64,000 nt of DNA, from the NCBI GenBank assembly GCA_030704615.1, contig CM060732.1:7812001-7876000 (forward strand), written 5' to 3'. The stretch is from Takakia lepidozioides. Taxonomy: Eukaryota; Plantae; Bryophyta. The notes below the pieces were generated by a model. It saw nothing but the letters and a program-made list of their open reading frames with translations. It searched no databases and was not told the origin of the DNA. The position numbers were made by a program, and so were the translations under genes. Shown one piece after another: positions 53,570 to 64,000 of the stretch. Numbering within the stretch: the first letter of the stretch is position 1; the number at the start of each line of letters is the position of its first letter.

Positions 53570-54350
53570 CTTCGTCTCACTGGACGGGTATGAACATCTC
53601 ATTCCAAATGTTGGCCTCTTCGAAGCAATGGCGTGTCCCGAAGGCCCTCTCGCAAGGCCGCCCGAGGAGGGAACTCAAAGAAGATATTACCGTCGACGTC
53701 TGCGGGAAGGCATGTAACCGATTTAATTGCGAACTTGCTGTAGTCCAGCCCGGCCAGCTCCGAGCGGTGTCCCTCCATGTGAAGCCCTCACAAAATTTCA
53801 AGAATGGATCGAACTGCGGTGCTCGTGCTGGGAATATGACTCCCTCGTCCACTGACGTCCATTGAGGACTTGCCTGATCTCCAGGACGATCTCGGAACTT
53901 CCATGACCTCATCTGAGTCGGACAAGTTGTGAACAACCCGGTTCTCACTCGTCTTCATTGATGGGTTCGGATCTGGATTTACTTCGTTGCGGACTTCTCT
54001 CTTTGAGGTACCCACACTCTGATTCGCGGATTGTTTCGTGGAAGGCGCCAGGATAGAAGGTGCATTTGGCGGGCAAATGAAGTCCCCAACAGCCCTGTAT
54101 ATGACGTTGTCCGATGGTGGAACTCGTCATTCCCTGCCATCGCCAAAATCATCGTGGAGCACCACAATACTCTCGACAACAACGCCGTTTGAGTCCTTCT
54201 TTTCCTCCTCCAAAAAAACCGACCCCGGTTTCAGGTGGTATCGAACGCACAAATATTTCTCCATCACACGGCAGATGTCCCCTCTGCACGGAAATGAAGC
54301 TCTATGCTCGTGAGGAGGGCAGTACACTGTAGCGCTCGGGTTTTCCGCCA
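53570..54350 (-). pseudogene. N-terminal fragment of a further MULE transposase (family D)
   Basis: VRYHLKPGSVFLEEEKKD..NLSDSDE..SELAGLDY..LPADVDGNIFFEFPP aligns with families A and B (LPETFDGDILFELPP). Confidence 0.7.
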
Positions 54351-54394
54351 TGGGAGATGTGCACACAAGACAGCCAGGATGGCGTGCGGAGATT

Positions 54395-56730
54395 GGTATG
54401 GGCTTCATGTGTGGAGCCGCACTTGCAGGGCCATTGCATGTATTGGACTCTGCTGTTGCTGTCACTCAAGCAGCAACGCGTGCTCCTGAGCCAAGAGGAG
54501 CGGATGTGGATTTTGATCCACAGAGAGGGGAAGCAAGTCGACAGACAAGGCTTCCCCAGTCTTTCACATTGGCTGAGACAGTGCCAACCACACCATCGAT
54601 GGTGCCAGCTCGTCCAAGTGTGTCAGAGGTAGAGCCTGCAAGAGTGCCAATGGGGAGAGTTGGCATAGCTCGGGGGATGCCAGTGGATGATACTGGAAAA
54701 CAAGGTGCAGCCAGTACATTGTTGGGGGCGGCTACGGCGGTTTGCCAAGCTCCATTGTTTTCTGCAATGACCATTGCAATGCCGGGGATTCGGCCAACTG
54801 CTGTGTTCAGACTAGCAGCTAAACTCTGTGAGAGTGGTGATGCATCGGCACTATCTGCGGAGATAGCAAATAAGGTACAGTCTATGGATGCTTTGGATTT
54901 GAGGGTGAAGTCAGCCACAGCTGCGCCATGGCAAGCGGAAGCTGCAAGGTTGCAGGAGTTGCGAGCTAGGCCAGCCATTGAGCGCAGCATGGTGACTCCT
55001 GGGGTAGTCCCAGTGGACAATCAGGATGGAGTATTTCAATTGGGTGGCCCAACCGGGAGGAGGTATAGGCCGGTCTTGTTGGACTCGGGAGCACAACCAT
55101 TGATGTTGGGGAGAGCAACAATTGCAGGCTTGGGCCTTATAGAAGCGGATTTGGAGCCTTGCCCTTTCCAAATTCAAACATCTTTTGGCGGTTCAGAGAA
55201 GGCACAAGGGATTACATGCCATGAGCTCTTCATTCGATTGCAGCCAGATCATCCTACAGATGGCTCTATCATAAGAGCTAAAGCCATTGTTACGGACGCG
55301 ATGTCTTACGATGTGCTTGTTGGTGGGGCTGTGTTATACCGGATGGGCTTTACTTTGGACTTTTGGGAGGAAACGGCATCCTACAGGCCGGAATGGCAGT
55401 CAGGGGATGGTCGACGTGCACTGCTCCCAGTGCGGTTTATTGTGAATGTAGAGGTGGATCATAGGAACATGATGCCCACATTGGCTGCATTCTCAGGGGT
55501 GGTGGCTTGGGGTGGTGAGCTCTTGGAGGGCAATAGCCATGTAGATGATAGGTCACCACCTGATGAGGACAAACAATTGGCATACAAGGCTGATTTGCTT
55601 CCTCGTGTGCCTGTTCATATTCCACTATGGGGTACAGTTGGGAATTTGCACCGAGTAGCAGACGAGTGTGTGCACCAAGCATGGCAGGAGGCCTATCCAT
55701 TGGTGAGTGATGGGAGTTCAGTGACATCACCCGGACCTCCTCAGTTAGCTCATTTGGACACAATGCCCATTACCTGGCAACCACTTGACTCAGGGATTTG
55801 TTTGCTAGACATGTTTGGAGGCATGAGCACTGGGCTTGCAGGAGTGTTGCAAGCAGGGATTAAAGTACGCAAGTACTTGTATGTGGAGAAGGATGAGATA
55901 GCTTGGCGTATTTTTATGCGCCACATCGCCTTGCTCACACACCGGTATCCTGAGTTGTTGTCTCTCTCAGCAATTCAAGGGTATCAAAAGGCCTTGCCAG
56001 CAGACATTACCTTGCTGGGGGCGGATGATTTGGACCGGCATGGTGCCATTGACTTGGTGATAGCTGGATGGCCTTGCCAAGAACACTCTCCCGCAAGTCA
56101 TGGGAATGGCTTGCATGATGCACGATCGCATTTGTTTTGGGAGATGTTGAGAGTGTTGCGTGACTTGCAGACAAGACAAGTGCAACCTCTAGCCTATATC
56201 TTGGAGAATGTTCCTCTTATGGGGGACTCTCGGGCCAGGGTTATGGCCAGTGTGCATCAGGTGCGGTTTTGGATTGGATCGACGGTGCTATTGGATACAG
56301 AAGCGGTGGGATCACGAGCGCATCAACCTCGATTGTGGTGGACCAATCTTGCACCACCAAAGCTGCTCAAGAGAGCATACGATTCCATTCAACGGCCACC
56401 CAATCTCACAGTTGAGGGCATTTTGGACCAAGGGAGGCAACCACAGAGGGTGCAACATGATGACCGTCCACCTCTAGCAGTGGTAAATCGAGTGGGGCAG
56501 CCACGTGCAGCCTTGCCTATGCTCATGAGCTTTCCCTCGTCTCATGCTTTTCAAGACAATGGTCCTAGGTTGATTTGGGACAGTGTGCTACAGCAATTGG
56601 TGGAGCCCAATGCGGATGAGCGAGAGCGGGCAATGGGATTTTCCACGGGCACTACAGCTGTGCCAGCTCTGTCAGAGGCATCACGACGCCAGGTGTTGGG
56701 TCAGGCAATGGATCTCAATTGTTGGACATG
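54395..56730 (+). pseudogene. Gypsy polyprotein middle part: aspartic protease plus C5-cytosine DNA methyltransferase (DNMT3-like), inside the inverted segment
   Basis: VLLDSGAQP..YDVLVG protease; LLDMFGG (I), AGWPCQ (IV), YILENV (VI), AHQPRLWWTNL (VIII), RQVLGQAM (X); one open frame. Confidence 0.9.
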
Positions 56731-57261
56731 GGGGGTGCTATTCTGTGAGCCCAGAGGCGTGAGCCTGTGAGCCCAGGAAACCGTGAGCCCAGCACAGGCT
56801 CACGCCACGTCAGCATGCATACAGGGCCTATGCCTGAACGCTCTTTGATCACGTGGACTTTATCATGATGGATTTACCAAGCATTCTTCTAGTAGGAATG
56901 GTTTGGAGACCAACGAGCAAATGATGCGAGAATGCTCTACCCGAACCAAAGACGTTTGTTTGTTTTTGCAATGCACACAAGCCTGTGAGCTCCGCAAAAC
57001 ACTAAATAGATTGAAGGAACAATCCGGGCAGTCCATGCAACCCCCATCTCCAACGATAGTTTGTTCCCATGAATTTGCATCCCATGCACACATTGCAAAC
57101 ATGACAACAAGGACACACAACCATCCCATTTCAAAATTGGCCCCGAATGAAAGCAAAAAAAAACTTCATATCAAGTGTTACAGTCATCAGAATCAATATC
57201 GACCTCCTGTGCTATGTCATCCACAAAGATTCCGGCCCCAACACCACGTCTTCTACCACGG
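56731..57261. mobile_element. Displaced (inverted) end of the family A MULE
   Basis: GGGGGTGCTATTCTGTGAGCCCAG terminus with GTGAGCC repeats as at 32888 and 37208-37300. Confidence 0.75.
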
Positions 57262-57270
57262 CCGTCGATG

Positions 57271-58815
57271 GGGGCTGCTATTTCATGAGCGGCATGAGCA
57301 TGAGCGGAAAAAAAAAAAACATGAGCAGACCATTGTGTGTCCACGGAAATAGGGTTAGGAGGCACGGAAATAGGGTCATGTGAAGTTGGAATGTGGCACC
57401 AGTGGACTTGAAATGCAACATTTTATTGCAAATTTTGTGGCAAGCCACGTCTATACAAATGTGTTCTAACTATCATAGCCGGAATGGGCACTACTCTCCT
57501 ACACCCTCCGAGGAACTTGCCCCACCTTCTTCCTCATCCCCCTCATCCCCCTCATCCTCCGAGCTCTGTGATGCATCAGTTCCACTATGCCTCTCAAAAA
57601 TCCCGTCATCTTAGGGACTATCCACATCACCTCCTGGGAATCTTCTGCATCTTCTCCCCCACTTTCCTCAGCTGAATCCAAGACAAATCTACGAGCCTGA
57701 CGGGCTCTAATAGCTGCTGCCTCCTCCCTCATCTTCATTTTCTTGAGGCTTGCCTCGTCTAAAATCTGCTATACACGACTAGGTTCGGAACACCTTCTAA
57801 TGGACAGCGAAGCAAGCCGGGCAACATAAGTAGGAAGGATGTAGTCCCTTTCTGGACTAGGCATGAAATCCCCCCTGGCAAAAAAATGCACGTTCCTCCT
57901 GCCCATGAACTGCGGTGTAGACGTCCCTCCTACAGTACTTGGCATCCTACAATAAGAACAAATCCACTTGAAGAATGTCAATACCAGGAGAAGCAGAAAC
58001 GGTCTTTCAATGAAATAAAAGAGCGAGGGGAGGTGCCTCAAAAAATCAGGAGGCAACTTACAATGCGACCACTCACTCGTAAACCATTTTCGGCACCATT
58101 TTCCTAGGTTGGGCCCGAAAATGGCCAAGTCCCAGAACTGACTGGGCGCGGAACTAGAAAAATGGCGCCGAATTTCCGGTTGCGGTTCCAGCCACCCTAG
58201 GGATTTAGCCATTTTTGGGGCCCTGAACTGGAAAAATGACGCCATTTTTCCATTTCGGGGCTGAAAATGGCTAAGTCCGAGATTTGACTGGGCCCGGAAC
58301 TGGAAAAATGGCACCGAATTTCCGATTTTGCTGCCAGCCACCCTAGGGACTTAGCCATTTTTGGCCCCGAACTGGAAAAATGGCGTTTTTTTTTTTTTTT
58401 TTTTTTTTTCGGCGCCATTTTTCCAGTTCGGGGCCGAAAATGGCTAAGTCCCAGATCTGACTGGGCCCGGAACCGGAAAAATGGCGCCGAATTTCCGATT
58501 TTGCTGCCAGCCACCCTAGGGACTTAAGCCATTTTCGGCCCTGACTGGAAAAATGGCGCCATTTTTCCAGTTCGGGGCCAAAAATGGCCAAGTCCCAAAT
58601 CTGACAGGGCGCGGAACTGGAAAAATGGCGCCGAATTTCCGGTTGCGGTTTCAGCCACCCTAGGGACTTAGCCATTTTCGGGGCCCTGAACTGGAAAAAT
58701 GGCGTTTTTTTTTTTTTTTTTTTTTTTCGGCGCCATTTTTCCAGTTCGGGGCCGAAAATGGCTAAGTCCCAGATCTGATTGGCACCAAAATCGGAAATTC
58801 GGCGCCATTTTTCCA
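57271..58815 (-). mobile_element. Remainder of the non-autonomous family C MULE (terminus, 3' tail, array 58085-58815)
   Basis: Reverse-complement match to 5791-6586; TSD CCGTCGATGG at 57262-57271; array identical in motif to 3094-3960. Confidence 0.8.
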
Positions 58816-59640
58816 GTCATGCAGGTAATTCGAAGAGCGGATGGATGGAAATCCGGCGCCGGATTTCCATCCTCTAGGTAAGTCGGCGCTGCAAATTTCT
58901 GTCATGTAGGTTACTTGTGAGCGGATGGATGGAAATCCGGCGCATGATTTCCATCCGCCAGTACAAAATTTCCGTCATGCAGGTAATTCGGAGCGCGGAT
59001 GGATGGAAATCCGGCGACGGATTTCCATCCTCCAGGTAAGTCGGCGCGCAAAATTTCCGTCATGCAGGTAATTCGAAGAGCGGATGGATGGAAATCCGGC
59101 GCCGGATTTCCATCCGCCAGCTAAGTCGGCGCGCAAAATTTCCGTCATGCAGGTAATTCGAAGAGCGGATGGATGGAAATCCGGCGCCGGATTTCCATTT
59201 GCCAGGTAGGTCGGCGCGCAAAATTTGCATCATGCAGGTAATTCGGAGCGCGGATGGATGGAAATCCGGCGCCGGATTTCCATCCTCCAAGTAAGTCGGT
59301 GCTGCAAATTTTCGTCATGCAGGTAATTGGAAGAGCGGATGGATGGAAATCCGGCGCCGGATTTCCATCCGCCAGCTAAGTCGGCTCGCCAAATTTCCGT
59401 CATGCAGGTAATACGAAGGGCGGATGGATGGAAATCCGGCGCCGAATTTCCATCAGGCAGGTAATTCGGAGGGCGGACGGATTTCCATCCGCCAGCTAAG
59501 TCGAAGCGCAGCCGGATGGAAATCCGGCGCCGAATTTCCATCCTGCAGGTAACTCGGAGCGCCGAATTTCCGTCATGCAGGTAATTCGGAGAGCGGATGG
59601 ATGGAAATCCGGTGCCGAATTTCCATCCTGCAGGTAATTC
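58816..59640. repeat. Array of about 85-bp units containing the perfect palindrome GGATGGAAATCCGGCGCCGGATTTCCATCC
   Basis: About 10 units, several truncated. Confidence 0.92.
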
Positions 59641-59739
59641 TGAGCGTGGCCGCTAGGTTTTTGGTCTAAAAAGACACTAAACCTTAGTTTTTTGGCTGAA
59701 GTCCACTTTCAGACACGTTTTTCAGGGAATTCTCGACTG

Positions 59740-60900
59740 CTAGGGGGATATCCGAACGGCCCCGGACGGAAATTCGGCGCCGTTTTTCTATCCTGGGAGG
59801 TTTTTATATCGGCCTGTTTTCAGCCAGACCCCCTGACACGATTTCCTTTGGGGGGGCCCGGATGGAAATTCGGCGCCGAATTTCCATCCGGGGGATGCTC
59901 TCTGTCGGACAGGTGCCGGCCTCCCCGCCCGAAGCGACTTCATCCGGGCGTCCCCTGTTGGATATTTGGTGCCGAATTTCCGTCCGGGGGTTGTAATTTG
60001 ACGGCCAGGTGCCGCCCTCTCCCCCCGAGCCGACTGCATCTGAACGGCCCCGGATGGAAATTCGGCGCCGTTTTTCCATCCGGGGAGGTTTTTATGTCGG
60101 CCACTTTTCGGCCTGACCCCCCGACAAGACTTCCTTTTGGGGGCCCGGATGGATATTCGGCGCCGAATTTCCATCCGGGAGATGCTCTCTGTCAGACAGG
60201 TGCCGGCCTCTCCGCCCGAGGCGACTTCATCCGGGCGTCCCCTGTTGACCGAATTTCCGTCTGGGGGTTGTAATGTGACGGCCAGGTGCCGACCTCTCCC
60301 CCCGAGCCGACTGCATCCGAACGGCCCCGGATGGAAATTCGGCGCTGTTTTTCCATTCGGGGAGGTTTTTATGTCGGCCAGTTTTCGGCCTGACCCCCCG
60401 ATAGGACTTCCTTTGGGGGGGCCCGGACGGAAATTCGGCGCCGAATTTCCATCCGGGGGATGCTCTCTGTCGGACAGGTGCCGGCCTCTCCGCCCGAGGC
60501 GACTTCATCCGGGCGTCCCCTGTTGGATATTCGGTGCCAATTTTCCGTCCGGGGGTTGTAATGTGACGGCCAGGTGCCGGCCTCTCCCCCGGGCCGACTG
60601 CATCCGAATGGCCCCGGATGGAAATTCGGTGCCGTTTTTCCATCCGGGGAGGTTTTTATGTCGGCCAGTTTTCGGCCTGACTCCCCGACAGGACTTCCTT
60701 TGGGGGGCTCAGATGGAAATTCGGCTCTGAATTTCCATCCGGGGGATGTTCTCTGTCGGACAGGTGCCGGCCTCTCTGCCCGAGGCGACTTCAACTGGGC
60801 GGCCTTGTTGGATATTCGGTGCCAAATTTCCATCCGAGGGTAGTAATGTGACGGCCCGGTGCCGGCTTCTCCCCTTCAGCCGACATCATCCGGACGGCCC
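59740..60900. repeat. Array of about four 280-287 bp units with GGAAATTCGGCGCCGAATTTCC palindromes
   Basis: Units begin near 59757, 60044, 60322, 60609. Confidence 0.9.
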
Positions 60901-61109
60901 CCCACTTTCTAACTGCATACCGTTGGCAGTTATTGCGCAAAGACCAGGGGCCGCATTCCGGAGACAAGGTTCATTAACACTCTGACTGTGGATTTTTGAG
61001 ATAGTTGGCTCCCTGGATTTGAATCAGGCTTCGTCGCACGGACAAATCAGCACCGCATTCCTTCCCATCGCTGCATCCCCCTTCTACCAGGGAGTGCAGG
61101 TGGGGTTTG

Positions 61110-62468
61110 AACCTCAAGCCTTGGAACTAGCGCAACATGAGTAGTGGCCATGGCAGCAAGACGTTGCTCTAGCTGGGCAAGTCTATCCACCATGCCTTGG
61201 TCATGACCTTGACCTTGACCCTGTGCTCCTTGGTTTTGGTTACGACCTCCACCCCGACCTCTGCCTCCTCTACCTCTCTGGACTACATTGCCTCGTCCTC
61301 GGCCACCATTGTTCCCTTGGAACTGGCCTGGCCGTAGCTCAGGATGCAAGCCATAACAATGGGCCTCCTCATGCCCGTACTTTCCACACCCACACTGTAG
61401 TTGTGTAGGCTGTGCCTGTACCGGCCCTTTGCCTCTCTCCGGACAATCCTTATTGACATGGGGTCCTCCACAATCCCAACATGACACACTCGTCTGTTGC
61501 TGGCCTGAGAATGAAGGGAGAGACCTTTGAATCTGAGATCCTCTATGGCCTTCCCTAGGCTTCATCTGAGCCCCCTTGTTGCCTTGAGCAAGTTGGGGAG
61601 TTGGTTGTTGTTGGCTAGGAACTCCACTTCGTTGTGTCTCCTTGCCAAATCCCACCATAACCACCCGCTCCTCCACCATATTGAAGTCTATCCGCTCTGC
61701 CAGCAAAAAAACATTTGCTAAGGTGGGTTGGGCTACTTATAGGAGAGTTGCATCCCGCACCCTTCTCCTCAGTTCCTTGTCCAGGATCCCATACCAGAAC
61801 TGGACTGCCTGAGCTTCTGTAACCCCTTGGGTTACGTTTATCAAGCGCCTCATGCGAGTGTAAGCCTCCCTCAAACTCTCAGTAGACCTTTGTTGGAACT
61901 CTTGCAAGCTCCGCAACTTCTCTATCTTTATCCCTTGGTAGTTTCTCCTCAACTCCTCGAAGAACTCCACAACTGGGTTAAAGGTAAGCACGGGTGCTGG
62001 TGCTGCAGCAGGAGCTTGAGTGGATTTCCCAGCTCCTGTACCACTTGTCCCACTACTAGTGCTTGTAGTTGGAGATGTTTGTGTAGATGCTGGTGTCGCC
62101 GCTGCCCTTGTGCCTCTAGTGATGGAGACATAGTTAGGTGACCAATACTCTCGCCACTCCTCAATCTCCACCGCATGTCCCCGCCTAAATTCATGGTAAT
62201 CATCCATGGGCGGCCCCTCAAGGTACTGGAATAGCCCCTTCCATGCCATAAAGGGCGTAAACAGTTGTGGATTGCGCATTTGTTGCAAATCACACCAACT
62301 GTCAAACTCTTGTATGAAGTCATCAAGCTTGATGGTGCCCACAGCTCCAGAGTACCTACGTGGCCCCTTGGTAGCTCCATACATCTCCTCCATTGCGTCC
62401 CACAACAATGGCACGGAAATGACTTGCACCCTCGGCGAGAATCCTCCTGACTCTTCCTCAAAAGACAC
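61110..62468 (-). pseudogene. Gypsy gag
   Basis: Retrotransposon gag-like LDDFIQEFDSWC..FQQRSTESLREAYTRMRRL; zinc knuckles CWDCGGPHVNKDC and CGCGKYGHEEAHC; RGG-rich tail; stop at 61737-61739. Confidence 0.85.
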
Positions 62469-63501
62469 TGAAGGTGAAGGTGGCCTAAACCGCGCACCTC
62501 ATCTTGTGTACCCACTAGTATTGCTAGTGTTCGTACCGGCACTCCCCTCAGCAACTGGTGGCACCTCCATGATGAAAACTCACAACCCAACCGGTTGTCA
62601 ACCTGTCTCTAATCCCACTTTCTACAAGGTAACCGGGTAGAGAACCTGTTGCGGCCTATGGCTTAGACTAGTACTACGTTCGTAACATAAACCTACACCT
62701 GCACCTGCATCCACCACAAGCACTCATATGGTCTGCTGGTCATCAACCCAGCCTCACCATAAGAGAAACAATGATGGTCTGACTGGTCATCACCCTAGCC
62801 TCACCACCGACAGCATGCTCTAGGATTGGCCGGTGATCAAATCCGGACCAACCTCCTATGAAAACAAGCGCCCATACAAAACTGACATGGCGCACAGTCA
62901 AGCATGCAGGTGTGGGGGGGAACCAAACACAAGAAAATCAAGACAGTAACTCCCCCACTCCAAAAAAAACACTTCACAGTGTCGCTCCTGCAAGGACACC
63001 CCAGCCCAAACCCGGACTGACTCTTGCCTCCACATACGGAAAGGTTTTGGCCTACATTAATCCCAGAATGCTCTCATCCCACTAGTCTCCCCCTATCTCT
63101 AAACGCTCTTGCTCATGACCAACAGACAAAACTACCTTCCAGGGTCTCTCAAATAACTCTCCAAGAGCCCTCAAGATGTCTCTCAAACAATCTCACTAAG
63201 GCCCCCAAAGCCTGCCAAATCTTGGCCCTCAAGGACCCCAAAAAGTCCTTCAGACAAGTCGCCAAAGACTCCTTAAGCTCGCCAAATATTAGCCTCCAAT
63301 GAACCCAAAATAGTCCTCCAAATTAGCCCTCCAAAGGCTCCAAATGTTTGCCAAATATTGGTCTTCAAGGACCCCCAATAGTCCTCCAAACAGTCCTCCA
63401 AGCACCCCTTCAAGAGCTCTTCAAGTGTCTTACAAAAGCTCCTCAAAGGACCCCCCAAAGATCCTCCAAAGGCAATACTCCTCCAGATACACCCTAGATG
63501 T

Positions 63502-63725
63502 CATACACTTTTAATGAAAACGTATGGTAGGCAAAGTATCTCCACTTGTATCCATACCTTGTTCACAAAAAAGTATGGTGGGGCAGAGGGAGCCCATACA
63601 CTGTTCAAAAAAACGTATGTTGGGCAGAGGGGGCCCATACACTGTTCACAAAGTGTATGTTGGGCAGAGGGGTTCCATACACTGTTCACAAAAGAGTATG
63701 ATGGGCAGAGGGAGCCTATACCCAG
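63502..63725. repeat. Minisatellite of about 41 bp (CATACACTGTTCACAAAA-GTATG-TGGGCAGAGGG), 5-6 units
   Basis: Direct tandem repeats. Confidence 0.85.
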
Positions 63726-64000
63726 TTTCTTGAAGAGTATGGAGACTAGGGTTTGTAGAGTATAGTAAGAAACACCTTCTTCATGGTATCTTCCCCCCTA
63801 ACATGCATGCAAGATTGCATTATCTTACTTTGCAATGCATTTATCCTCTTGATCTCCTTGGAACTCATAGCAAGCTAATGTGCCCAATGACAAGCGCCAA
63901 GCCTTGGTTGAATTTGAATTTTGTATGCCAACTTCCATGTGCTTTCCCTTGCATGGGCTAGTCACACACACTTCCACCTCTTGACCTAGGTGTTCTCTTC

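Noticed and set aside
62600-64000. Expected 5' LTR and PBS of the Gypsy element
   Set aside because: No match to the 29105-29555 LTR found

Overview
Eukaryotic, intron-containing plant DNA, probably from a non-seed streptophyte (inferred from the TE families present). Apart from the last two exons of a Dim2/TXNL4B gene at the left edge, the window is a nested pile of decayed transposons: two related LINE-like elements (one with a 2A-like peptide), a CACTA element, a Ty3/Gypsy retrotransposon with a C5-cytosine DNA methyltransferase between protease and RT, and parts of up to five related Mutator-like (MULE) elements. The main discovery is the MULE architecture. A GCM-like/DDE/SWIM transposase lies head-to-head with a spliced cargo gene encoding a ParB/Srx-like domain (DGNHR) fused to a beta-class amino-methyltransferase fold with an unusual conserved LDIPDG motif IV. 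Each family also carries its own tandem array of palindromes, usually inside the cargo gene. This suggests a TE-encoded, self-targeting epigenetic (possibly anti-silencing) system. Two pairs of target-site duplications now in inverted orientation indicate that about 53.3-58.8 kb is inverted; undoing this restores a colinear Gypsy and the nesting order. All TE genes appear pseudogenised, and all family assignments come from motif reading by eye rather than database searches.
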